Shown: positions 46,323 through 55,142 of the stretch, in pieces
Position numbering within the stretch: position 1 is the first letter of the stretch
Layout: every line of letters starts with the position of its first letter
Source: Ilumatobacteraceae bacterium
GTDB lineage: Bacteria > Actinomycetota > Acidimicrobiia > Acidimicrobiales > Ilumatobacteraceae
Length of the DNA stretch: 62,400 bases
Direction: 5' to 3'
Assembly (NCBI GenBank): GCA_044339005.1
Contig: JBIIWI010000001.1
Coordinates: forward strand, 1-62,400
Translations under genes and position numbers: made by a program
Notes under the pieces: generated by a model
The model's database searches: none
What the model was told of the DNA's origin: nothing
Seen by the model: only the letters and a program-made list of their open reading frames with translations

Positions 46323-47990
46323 TTAGAGATACTGCCCTGTTGCCGTTCGCTCAATTGCTTTACCACCAAAATCACGCCCGGCACGAGTTTCGTCTTGGTC
46401 ATGAACCAAAGTGCGTATGAAAACAATTCGTTCACCTTTTTTGCCAGAGATTTTCGCCCAATCGTCGGGATTTGTGGTGTTTGGTAGATCTTCATGCTCT
46501 TTGAATTCTTGATGAATGGATTCCATCAAGTCTTGTAGGCAAATTCCTTTGGAACCAGAATCGATCAGTCGCTTAATTGCTAGCTTTTTGGCTCGACGCA
46601 CAATGTTCTCGATCATCGCACCTGATGAGAAATCTTTGAAATACATAATTTCTTTCTCGCCGTTTTGATACGTAACTTCGAGAAATTGGTTGTCATCTGT
46701 GGTTGCATACATTTCGTCCACTGCTTGGTCAACCATCTTCTGCACGGCAATCTTGATATCTCCTCCACCGAGGTTCTCGATATCGGATTGGGATACAGGT
46801 AGATCATCGGTTAAGTAGCGAGCAAAAATCTGACGAGCAGCGTTCTCGTCGGGTCGTTCGATCTTGATCTTCACATCCAGACGTCCTGGACGCAAAATCG
46901 CTGGGTCAATCAGGTCCTCACGATTTGTTGCACCAATCACAATTACATTTCGCAATCCTTCAACACCGTCGATTTCGGCAAGAAGCTGCGGAACTATTGT
47001 CGACTCCATATCTGATGAGATCCCAGTACCACGAGTACGGAACATCGAATCCATCTCGTCAAAAAAGATAATTACTGGCCAACCTTCGTCGCTCTTTTCT
47101 CGTGCACGTTCAAAAATTAATCGAATTTGTCGTTCAGTCTCTCCAACATATTTGTTGAGCAATTCAGGACCCTTGATATTGATGAAATAGCTTCGTCCCT
47201 TGTCGTCTCCAGTTCGCGATGCAACTTTGCGCGCAAGGCTGTTGGCAACGGCTTTCGCTATGAGCGTTTTGCCGCATCCAGGAGGGCCGTACAGGAGAAT
47301 ACCTTTTGGTGCAGGTAACTGATGCTCTGCAAATAAATCAGCATGCAAAAATGGCAACTCAACTGCATCTGCAATCTGTTCAATTTGTGAATCAAGTCCA
47401 CCGATATCAGAGTATGAAATATTGGGAATTTCTTGTAACAGTAGATGCTCTACTTCGGGCTGTTCTAATTTTTCGAGAAGTAGATTCGACCGCGAATCAA
47501 GCCGCAATAAATCTCCCGATCGCAAATGCATTCCGCGAATGGAGGTCGCCAATTCGCACACACGCTCATCGTCACCACGAACCACAACAATGGCTCGAAC
47601 ACCGTCTTCAAGAAGTTCCTTCAAAGAAACGACTTCTCCGCCTAAGTCGATACCCCGCTCAAGAACAATGTTCAATGCGTCATTGAGCATTACTTCGGCA
47701 CCTAATTGCAAATGATCGACGTCAACATCGGTGTGCGCGGTAACACGTATCTTTCTGCCATTCGTGAGTACATCAACTGTTTGGTCCGAGTTGATCCCAA
47801 CTACGGTTCCGTACGAGCCCGGTGCTCGGGTGAGTTTGTCTACTTCGTCTCGCAACGAAGCAATGTGTTCGCGGGCTTCGCGAAGTGTGTATGAAAGCTT
47901 TTCGTTTTGGCCTGTCAAACGCGCAATCTGAATCTTGGAATCAGCTAGCGACGACCCATCGGCTGCGTCCCGCTCCGCACTAGATGTCAT
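46323..47990 (-). CDS. arc: proteasome-associated AAA ATPase ARC/Mpa
   Basis: An N-terminal coiled coil and an AAA module ([16 protein letters not shown]). The C-terminal tail is ...TGQYL, the proteasome-docking motif. Confidence 0.95.
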   Translation of the reverse strand: MTSSAERDAADGSSLADSKIQIARLTGQNEKLSYTLREAREHIASLRDEVDKLTRAPGSYGTVVGINSDQTVDVLTNGRKIRVTAHTDVDVDHLQLGAEVMLNDALNIVLERGIDLGGEVVSLKELLEDGVRAIVVVRGDDERVCELATSIRGMHLRSGDLLRLDSRSNLLLEKLEQPEVEHLLLQEIPNISYSDIGGLDSQIEQIADAVELPFLHADLFAEHQLPAPKGILLYGPPGCGKTLIAKAVANSLARKVASRTGDDKGRSYFINIKGPELLNKYVGETERQIRLIFERAREKSDEGWPVIIFFDEMDSMFRTRGTGISSDMESTIVPQLLAEIDGVEGLRNVIVIGATNREDLIDPAILRPGRLDVKIKIERPDENAARQIFARYLTDDLPVSQSDIENLGGGDIKIAVQKMVDQAVDEMYATTDDNQFLEVTYQNGEKEIMYFKDFSSGAMIENIVRRAKKLAIKRLIDSGSKGICLQDLMESIHQEFKEHEDLPNTTNPDDWAKISGKKGERIVFIRTLVHDQDETRAGRDFGGKAIERTATGQYL

Positions 47991-48144
47991 GTGTCACCCC
48001 CATTGATTCGCCTATTTAGAAACCGTATAGGGCAATCCTTGCCGAGAACACAACTTTTTGACAAGTGGCGTGTAATCTTGAGACCGTACGCCGTATGGTT
48101 TTACGAGTTGATTTAAAAGCCAAAACTAAAAGGAGCTAGCCATC

Positions 48145-48390
48145 ATGAAAGTTTGGATTGATCAGGATCTTTGCACTGGAGACGGATTGTGCGAGGAAAT
48201 TGCCCCTGACGTCTTCACTCTGCTCGACGACGGTTTGGCTTACGTCCGTGAAAAGGACAAGATTTTCGCAACAGCTAAGGGCAATGCTCAGGGTGCAGAA
48301 GGCATGGCCAACTTCGCTGATAGTCAGCTTGATGGAGTTATCGAATCCGCCGAGGAATGTCCTGGCGAGTGCATTTTCATCGAACCGTAA
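48145..48390 (+). CDS. ferredoxin (single-cluster, CxxDxxC...CP type)
   Basis: 81 aa. Contains CTGDGLCEEIAPDVF and a C-terminal ECPGECI. A good AGGAG Shine-Dalgarno sequence lies upstream. Confidence 0.85.
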   Translation: MKVWIDQDLCTGDGLCEEIAPDVFTLLDDGLAYVREKDKIFATAKGNAQGAEGMANFADSQLDGVIESAEECPGECIFIEP

Positions 48391-48402
48391 GAGTTCGAGT
48401 TC

Positions 48403-49230
48403 TTACAAGGTTTCTTCGGAGCCTGTTTCAGTAATTTCTTCAGATTTTTCTACGGGCAATGCGTGTCCGATAAATCGTGAGACTGTGAGAAATGCCGTGT
48501 GTGCGACCATGCGGTGGTCGGGTCGTACAGCCATTCCTTCAATGTGCCAAGAGCGATGTAGCACCTCAATTGTCCGAGATTCAATCCATGCTTCGCCCAT
48601 TGACTTACGTACCTGAACGGCTTGAGTGATGCTTGGCGTATATGCCACGAGCAAGCCGCCTGTGCGCAACACTTTTTCGGCATGGGGTACGACATTCCAT
48701 GGTTCTGGTAAATCGAGTACCACCCTGTCGTAATCGGATCCGTCAATGCCTTCATATGAGTCGCGAATCTCTACTGAGTAGCGCTCAAGCGCTTCCTCGC
48801 CAAGAAATGAGCGCACATTTGATGTAGCCCTGTTTGCAAAGTCTTCTCGAATGTCGTAGCCAGTAATTGTTGCTCCGTAGCGCAACATCGTCATCGAGAG
48901 CGCGCCAGATCCAACGCCAGTCTCAAAGACCCTCATTCCAGGACCAATGTCGCCGATCATGCAAATTGGTGCAAGATCCTTAGGGTAAATAACTTGCGCA
49001 CCTCGTGGCATCTCTAAGACAAAATCTTCAAGGGTTGGACGCAAGATCGAGTAATGCGCACCTTTGGTCGACTTCAGAACTGTGCCTTCTTGGCTGCCAA
49101 CAATATCGTTGTGTTCGAGCACGCCTGAATGACTGTGGAATTGGCCACCTTCATTCAAGGTTGCTAAGTATCGCCTCTTCTTTGAGTCCAGAATGAGAAC
49201 TTTCTCTCCTACTGCAAATGCACGTGCCAT
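48403..49230 (-). CDS. trmI: tRNA (adenine58-N1)-methyltransferase TrmI
   Basis: Contains GAQVIYPKD and the SAM motif VFETGVGSGALS. Its position near arc matches Rv2118c. Confidence 0.88.
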   Translation of the reverse strand: MARAFAVGEKVLILDSKKRRYLATLNEGGQFHSHSGVLEHNDIVGSQEGTVLKSTKGAHYSILRPTLEDFVLEMPRGAQVIYPKDLAPICMIGDIGPGMRVFETGVGSGALSMTMLRYGATITGYDIREDFANRATSNVRSFLGEEALERYSVEIRDSYEGIDGSDYDRVVLDLPEPWNVVPHAEKVLRTGGLLVAYTPSITQAVQVRKSMGEAWIESRTIEVLHRSWHIEGMAVRPDHRMVAHTAFLTVSRFIGHALPVEKSEEITETGSEETL

Positions 49231-49369
49231 AGTTAAAAACCTTTGCGTTTGGAATGAGAAATAGAAATTGATTGGTCATCTTTGAGAACCACCCGAGCAA
49301 CAATCGGTTTGCGACGACTTCGCACGAACTTGATAGTTCGCCAGATAACTCTTAGATACCACACGTGTA

Positions 49370-49579
49370 TTAGCGACGAATCTCTACAACGCTGCGACGC
49401 TTGCGACCGCCACGTCGACCAAGTAAATAGGCGATCAAAACAATTACAGCGCTCGCGATTGAAGCTACGGCAACTAGTGATTGTTTCTTGTCGGAAGCGC
49501 GACCCTGTAGATCGTCCTGCAATGACTGAAACTTACTTTCTAAGTCCTGTTTTGTAATACGCGAATTATTGTCAATCAT
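49370..49579 (-). CDS. small tail-anchored membrane protein
   Basis: 69 aa. A helical N-terminus, then the TM segment LVAVASIASAVIVLIAYLL and the basic tail GRRGGRKRR. Confidence 0.45.
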   Translation of the reverse strand: MIDNNSRITKQDLESKFQSLQDDLQGRASDKKQSLVAVASIASAVIVLIAYLLGRRGGRKRRSVVEIRR

Positions 49580-49587
49580 CTCTTGGG

Positions 49588-49926
49588 TTAACTCTCTTTG
49601 TGCAAACTAGGACGCGCAATACGCGTCAACGAAAGCCAAATCATTACCAGTGCAACACCAACAATGATCATGTACGGAGCCCAAGTGAAACCATTTGGCT
49701 GATCAAAAATCTCCGCTTGCAGAAGTCGAAGCAATCCGACCAAACCAACCACCGCTCCGAAGAGCAAAGCAATTGCTCCAATAATTCCCCATGCGAGCCA
49801 TCGCCCAACTCCCCTCAGGGGGTCAAGAGTCTCCTGCTTGACGTAATCCCGAACCATTTTGCACAATTCAACAAAAGAAAGCGATGAATCACGTGCCGAA
49901 GGGCCGCTCAAACGATTGTTATTCAC
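49588..49926 (-). CDS. small two-TM membrane protein (actinobacterial holin-X-like)
   Basis: I chose the GTG at 49926 because the longer ORF overlaps dacB. There are two hydrophobic helices (WLAWGIIGAIALLFGAVVGLVGLL and YMIIVGVALVMIWLSL). The family call is tentative. Confidence 0.5.
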   Translation of the reverse strand: MNNNRLSGPSARDSSLSFVELCKMVRDYVKQETLDPLRGVGRWLAWGIIGAIALLFGAVVGLVGLLRLLQAEIFDQPNGFTWAPYMIIVGVALVMIWLSLTRIARPSLHKES

Positions 49927-49970
49927 ATAACCAGTAAACCAGCGAGAATGCGCGAATGTACCTAGGTGCC

Positions 49971-51431
49971 TTACGGGGCAATATCGGTAACGCTTGGATG
50001 CTCTGTTAAGGCACCCAAAGCGTTGGCAAGGCCATTCCATATCGGTCGGTATTCGCCCTGGTTGGAAACACCTGATCCATTCAAGATGAGAGCAAAAGTT
50101 GCTGCCTTTTCGGGTGCATAAACGACGTATCCAGAAAGCGCTTTGGCGCCCGTGAGGGTTCCGGTCTTTGCACGCAATCTTTCACCGGCGACAGAGTCGC
50201 CAAGCAAGTCTCGTAGCGTTCCAGTTTGACCAGCGATTGCGAGACCATTACCCAACACACCGAAACCTCCATCTCTTTCGAGAACAGAAGCGAACAGTGA
50301 GCAAGTTGCTCGGTTGCCACGATCGAGACCTGAGCCATCAACAATCACCAGACCATCGGTTGGTAACCCAAATTCTTGCAGTACGGATTGCACAACTTGA
50401 GCACCAGCAACACGTGTTCCAGCTGACAAGCGCGTGAGACCAATTTCCTTCAGGATCAATTCGGCGGTGTTGTTATCGCTATTGGTGAGCATCTCGGTAA
50501 TCACGTCGCTTAACGGTGCAGAATCAATACTTGCTATTACTGGCAGATCAGCTGAAGCGGTTCCAACCATTGCGGTGCCCTTAACAACGATTCCACGCTC
50601 AGTAAGCAATCGCAAAAACTCTTGTGCCGCTGAGAGAGCAGGCTGATCGGGCTTGATCGGAGATGCAAGAACTACGCCATCATTTAACATCAACGAACCT
50701 AGGGGTCCGACTTCGGTTGTTCGTACACCAAGACCAAGCGTCGGTGAGAATCTTTCCGTGTCGTAGCGGCTTTCATCGCCAACTATATTCCCGGTGATCT
50801 CCGTTATGCCCGCTGTGACAAGTGCATCGATAAGCGAACCAATATTCGTTGGATACAGAGTCGGATAAGACTCTGTAACTGGATAGCCGATTGTTGAGAG
50901 CAAAGGATCGCCTCCACCCACAAGCCAGAGATCACCGATGATTTGATTCGCTTCGCTCAGACCAACAACTTTTGTTGTGAAAACAAAATCGGGTCCGAGT
51001 ACCTCAAGCGCTGCGGTCGCCGTCAGTAGTTTCATGTTGCTTGCTGGGATCACAGGAAGATTCGGCTTAATGGAAGTAATCCGTTGACCTTCAACCGAAA
51101 CGACTAAACAGGATTGCTCGGGAAAATTTCTCACTTTCTCAGAGATTGAACTGACGAGTCCCCCAATTCGAATCTCCGTTGAAAGAATTGCAGGCAAGCG
51201 TCGTGCATTAAGTAACGATGCATTTGGCGTGACAGTAATTGCTGTTGAACGATTGCTGGAAACCGAATTGCCGATGTCATTAAGAAACTTGTAGGCCACA
51301 CCAAGAATAGATGCGCCAAAAATCAAGGCGGAAGAGAGCAAAGTGGCTACGACCCGAACAGATCCGAGCCGCACTTTGTTGTTCGCTCTTTTCATTGATT
51401 GCGAGATATCTCCACTGCTTCCCTGGTTCAT
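49971..51431 (-). CDS. dacB: D-alanyl-D-alanine carboxypeptidase/endopeptidase (PBP4, S13 family)
   Basis: A signal-anchor sequence, the SxxK motif PASNMKLLT, SDN (LTNSDNNTAE) and KTG (AKTGTL). Confidence 0.88.
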   Translation of the reverse strand: MNQGSSGDISQSMKRANNKVRLGSVRVVATLLSSALIFGASILGVAYKFLNDIGNSVSSNRSTAITVTPNASLLNARRLPAILSTEIRIGGLVSSISEKVRNFPEQSCLVVSVEGQRITSIKPNLPVIPASNMKLLTATAALEVLGPDFVFTTKVVGLSEANQIIGDLWLVGGGDPLLSTIGYPVTESYPTLYPTNIGSLIDALVTAGITEITGNIVGDESRYDTERFSPTLGLGVRTTEVGPLGSLMLNDGVVLASPIKPDQPALSAAQEFLRLLTERGIVVKGTAMVGTASADLPVIASIDSAPLSDVITEMLTNSDNNTAELILKEIGLTRLSAGTRVAGAQVVQSVLQEFGLPTDGLVIVDGSGLDRGNRATCSLFASVLERDGGFGVLGNGLAIAGQTGTLRDLLGDSVAGERLRAKTGTLTGAKALSGYVVYAPEKAATFALILNGSGVSNQGEYRPIWNGLANALGALTEHPSVTDIAP

Positions 51432-53566
51432 TGAGCGACTCCAATGAATTTTGCATATCTATACATATGGGCAAGTGCCGTGGCCGCGCGAGTTCCACTT
51501 GCGTAACAGAGACGTCCTGTTTCTCGCACGGTCGCGGGACCGGGGTTGAAAGGGTCGGCGACTGCAAGTTCTGTTGCTACCAACACAGGTTTGTTGTACT
51601 TAACTGAATACTCTGCGGCTGCTTGAGCAAAACGCTCATCTTGTTTGCGGTGATACGACACGATTCTTTCCAACCCATGATCAGGGAAAAAATGACCCTC
51701 GCTCATCATGCGAGCCTGATTGCTTTGTATTCCTAGTCCAAGAAAAATAACGGAATCTACGTCATCGTAAGAGCAGACCAGGTCAAGAATCGCTGGGATG
51801 GTGTCGCGTGTTTCTCCCCCTGCGCAGTCGATTGGATTATTTCGACTCCAACGTGGAGGCAGCAAATCGTCCAAAGACTTCACTAATGCCGTTGGAAGTG
51901 TGATCAGGTCGAGCACACCATCTTGAGCAATGGCGTCTGAAGTCACTACTCCCCATCCACCTACGGTTGTGAGTACAACAACTCTTTTGCCTCGCGGGAG
52001 TGGTTGTGTCGCAAAGCTTGCTGCAACATCGAAACCTTCTTCAACAGTTCTGGCACGAGAAGCACCGGTACTGCGACATAACCCATCAAAAATCTTGTCG
52101 TTACTCGCTAAGGCGCCAGTGTGGCTTTGTGCAGCTCGCGAGCCAGCCTCGGTCGCACCACCCTTCACTACAACCAGTGGCTTGCTCTTGAGTGCAGCAG
52201 CAAATGAAGACTCGAGTGCTTTACCATCGTTGACACTTTCGATGTACGCCAAACTGACGCGCGTCTCATTGTCTTGTGAAAACCACTCTAAGTATTGGCC
52301 AACTGAAGTTTGTGCCGCATTACCTGCAGAAATCGCTCGGGCTATTCCGACTCCGGTTTGTCGTGCATAGTTAAGAAAACTCGAAACAAAATTACCGCTT
52401 TGGCTTGCTACCGAAATTCCCCCTCTCGGAGGGTACGGTCCCACTATCTGAGCACACAGTGAAACAGGAGTGCTGACGACGCCTTGCCCGTTTGGTCCAG
52501 CGATCAGCATGTCGAGATCGGCAGCAAGTTGAACGAGATCCTGCTCTGCTTGATCGCCCTCAGGTCCAGCTTCTCGATAGCCAGCTGAAGCTATAAATGC
52601 TGCACGAATTCCACGTTCTGCACACTGCCTCAGCAACTGAGGGTTTGCACTAGCCGGAGTGCAGAAGAATGCGAGATCGATTTCGTCGCGCGGCAACTCA
52701 TTAATCGATGAGACCGTTTGTATTCCCAATATGAGTTCATTCTGTAAATTGGTTGCATAAACTTTTCCAGTAAATTTGCTTGACAAAATATTATGTAACG
52801 AAACAAAACCAAATTTGCCGGGATGCGAGGACGCTCCTACAACGACTACTGCTCTAGGCGAAAACAACGCGCGGTAGTGATCGGCATTCGGCTCAAAATT
52901 GGTAGACGTCTTGATGGCAGCTTTTTCGGCATCACGAGTCTCTACGAGAGCATCAACTGCAACCAATGTGCCATCTCTCTGCACAATCAGAGGATTTATG
53001 TCAATCGAAACAATCTCGGGATGCTTGTCACATGCTGCACTCAGGGCAACGATCGCGCGAGCTAAAGAGTCAGTATCAACCGCTTCCTCACCGCGAAAAT
53101 CTTTCAAAATTGCTTGGTATTTCAGAGCTTCGATCATGCGCTGGGCGTCGATTAAGTCAACCGGCATCGGAGCAAATACAACGTCCTGAATCACTTCGGC
53201 GAAAATGCCACCCACACCTAGCATCGCTGTATTGCCAAAGGCTGGATCATGCACCATGCCAACGATGAGTTCTCGGCTTCCATCGATCATCTTTGCGATG
53301 AGTAATTGCACTTCACCATCCTCCGGAGAGGCCATTGCCAGTAATTCGGTGGCGGCTTGCTCAACTGCAGCACGATCAGCAAGTTTCAGCCGTACAAGCC
53401 CCCGCTCTGTTTTATGGGCAATTGAATCACCATTGAGCTTTGCCACAACCGGGTAGCCCATTCCATCTGCTGCATTTGCCGCCTCACGAGGTGTCGCGAC
53501 AATAGCTTCTACAGCGAACGGAAATCCAAACGGAGTAAGCAGTTGTTTAGACAATGCTTCAGACAT
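51428..53566 (-). CDS. ADP-forming acyl-CoA synthetase family protein (ATP-grasp, CoA-binding and CoA-ligase domains fused)
   Basis: The N-terminal region is ATP-grasp-like (YPVVAKL...HKTERGLV). It is followed by the CoA-binding segment PRAVVVVGASSHPGKFG and ligase-CoA domains. I chose the ATG at 53566. Confidence 0.85.
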   Translation of the reverse strand: MSEALSKQLLTPFGFPFAVEAIVATPREAANAADGMGYPVVAKLNGDSIAHKTERGLVRLKLADRAAVEQAATELLAMASPEDGEVQLLIAKMIDGSRELIVGMVHDPAFGNTAMLGVGGIFAEVIQDVVFAPMPVDLIDAQRMIEALKYQAILKDFRGEEAVDTDSLARAIVALSAACDKHPEIVSIDINPLIVQRDGTLVAVDALVETRDAEKAAIKTSTNFEPNADHYRALFSPRAVVVVGASSHPGKFGFVSLHNILSSKFTGKVYATNLQNELILGIQTVSSINELPRDEIDLAFFCTPASANPQLLRQCAERGIRAAFIASAGYREAGPEGDQAEQDLVQLAADLDMLIAGPNGQGVVSTPVSLCAQIVGPYPPRGGISVASQSGNFVSSFLNYARQTGVGIARAISAGNAAQTSVGQYLEWFSQDNETRVSLAYIESVNDGKALESSFAAALKSKPLVVVKGGATEAGSRAAQSHTGALASNDKIFDGLCRSTGASRARTVEEGFDVAASFATQPLPRGKRVVVLTTVGGWGVVTSDAIAQDGVLDLITLPTALVKSLDDLLPPRWSRNNPIDCAGGETRDTIPAILDLVCSYDDVDSVIFLGLGIQSNQARMMSEGHFFPDHGLERIVSYHRKQDERFAQAAAEYSVKYNKPVLVATELAVADPFNPGPATVRETGRLCYASGTRAATALAHMYRYAKFIGVAQ

Positions 53567-53625
53567 CGTTTGTTGAACAGACACAACTGAACACATTACT
53601 CAAGCAAGCACTAATTTGGATCGTT

Positions 53626-54714
53626 ATGGGACAAATAACCGCCACGCGAGCGTTTGTGAATGGCGCGCTTTGCGGACCAACGAGTGTGACATGGGATGCG
53701 ACGGGCACGATTACAAATGTCGCTGGCATCCAAGTCAATGAAGCTGAGTTTGACGCGCTGCTCGTACCAGGGTTTATCGATTTACAGGTAAACGGATTCG
53801 GTCATTTCAACGTGTCCTCTACAGACTCGACGAACTGGTCTCAAGTTGATCAATACCTTTTGAACACTGGAGTAACCAGTTGGTGCCCAACGTTGGTGAG
53901 TGCACCACTCCAAACACTGGATTCCGCACTTGAGACGATTCTTGCTCAAATGCAGATCAGAGCGTCCTCTGGGGCAATCGCGACGACATCAATAATTGGC
54001 GCACACCTAGAGGGTCCGTTTCTCGGCGCCGCGATAGGCGCACACAATAGACAGAGCGTTATCGATATCGATTTACAGTGGCTATCAGATTTGTCGCCAT
54101 GTGTTGCAATGATGACTATCGGAGCGGAACAAAAAGAATCAACAGCAGCTATTCGTCTACTTCGCGAAATGGGTGTATTGGTGTCTCTTGGTCATACACG
54201 AGCTTCGGAGCAAGAATTCTTGCAAGCCAAAGATGCAGGTGCTCAGATGGTCACACATTTGTATAACGCGATGTCGGGAGTTCATCACAGAGATCAGGGC
54301 GTTGCGCTAGCCGTGCTCACCGACGGTGAGATGTATGCCTCGATCATCATCGATCTCGAGCACGTATCAGCACGAGCAGTACAGCTTGCATACCTTGCGA
54401 AACCCAACCACATGATTATGGTGTCCGACTCGGTTCAATCGAATTTAAATCATGCTCCACGTCTAAAAGACGGCACACTTGCAGGAAGTATTCTCACGAT
54501 GGATCAGGCTCTGCGCAATGCCGTCTTTCATTGCTCGGTGCCACTGGAACACGCCTTAGCAAGTGCGACGAATCATCCCGCAAATGTTTTGGGTCTTCAC
54601 GACCGAGGAGATATTCAGGCTGGTAAGCGAGCAGATCTCGTCTTACTGGAGCGCGATCTCACTGTGATGAAGACCATAAGTAATGGACTGTTGAATATCA
54701 ACCAAAACGGTTAA
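53626..54714 (+). CDS. nagA: N-acetylglucosamine-6-phosphate deacetylase
   Basis: Contains VPGFIDLQVNGFG, HLEGPF, LGHT and HLYNAMS motifs. I chose the ATG at 53626. Confidence 0.88.
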   Translation: MGQITATRAFVNGALCGPTSVTWDATGTITNVAGIQVNEAEFDALLVPGFIDLQVNGFGHFNVSSTDSTNWSQVDQYLLNTGVTSWCPTLVSAPLQTLDSALETILAQMQIRASSGAIATTSIIGAHLEGPFLGAAIGAHNRQSVIDIDLQWLSDLSPCVAMMTIGAEQKESTAAIRLLREMGVLVSLGHTRASEQEFLQAKDAGAQMVTHLYNAMSGVHHRDQGVALAVLTDGEMYASIIIDLEHVSARAVQLAYLAKPNHMIMVSDSVQSNLNHAPRLKDGTLAGSILTMDQALRNAVFHCSVPLEHALASATNHPANVLGLHDRGDIQAGKRADLVLLERDLTVMKTISNGLLNINQNG

Positions 54715-54723
54715 AGTCACTAC

Positions 54724-55122
54724 GTGCATATTGTTTCTGCTTTATTTATTGATACGTTCGAAATGAAGCAAGCTCCAGGGCCGTCTACACGAATTGATAT
54801 GACCGGAGTCTTCTTTTCGCTCGCAGCACCGAGTCCAGTTCCGGTGACTATCGAGCCCCATCTCATGGCTCTGATCTACTGTCAAGCGGGCGAACAAGGT
54901 TCAGGTGTTTTTGAAGTCATTTTCAAGGATGGTTTCGAGGAAGACTCTGAGCAATTGGCGAGAAACGTCAGTCCATTTACTGTTGAGCCCGGCAAATTTA
55001 CCTATCGGCTGGTGCGTGGGGCTTTGGAGCTGCAAAAATATGGTCTTATTTTCGCGCATTGTCGCATTAATCAGCAAGATTGGCACAAAGTTCCGCTGAC
55101 TTTGCTCCCACCGGTCGCCTAG
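54724..55122 (+). CDS. hypothetical protein
   Basis: 132-aa ORF with a GTG start that fills the nagA-tkt gap. No recognisable motif. Its composition suggests beta-strand content. Confidence 0.45.
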   Translation: MHIVSALFIDTFEMKQAPGPSTRIDMTGVFFSLAAPSPVPVTIEPHLMALIYCQAGEQGSGVFEVIFKDGFEEDSEQLARNVSPFTVEPGKFTYRLVRGALELQKYGLIFAHCRINQQDWHKVPLTLLPPVA

Positions 55123-55142
55123 AAGCAACTACAGTCGCCGCC

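Noticed and set aside
47991-48144. The 154-bp arc/ferredoxin divergent region contains the hairpin ACCGTA-cgccg-TATGGT followed by TTTT. I considered it as an attenuator or sRNA.
   Set aside because: The stem is 6 bp with a wobble pair, and nothing is transcribed into it from upstream on the plus strand. This is most simply promoter and 5'-UTR DNA for two divergent genes. Nothing further can be supported without conservation data.
48388-48405. The hairpin TAAGAGT-tcga-GTTCTTA spans both stop codons of the convergent ferredoxin and trmI genes and could be a bidirectional terminator.
   Set aside because: The stem has only 7 pairs, two of them G-U wobbles, and there are no flanking U-tracts. 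This is too weak to call.
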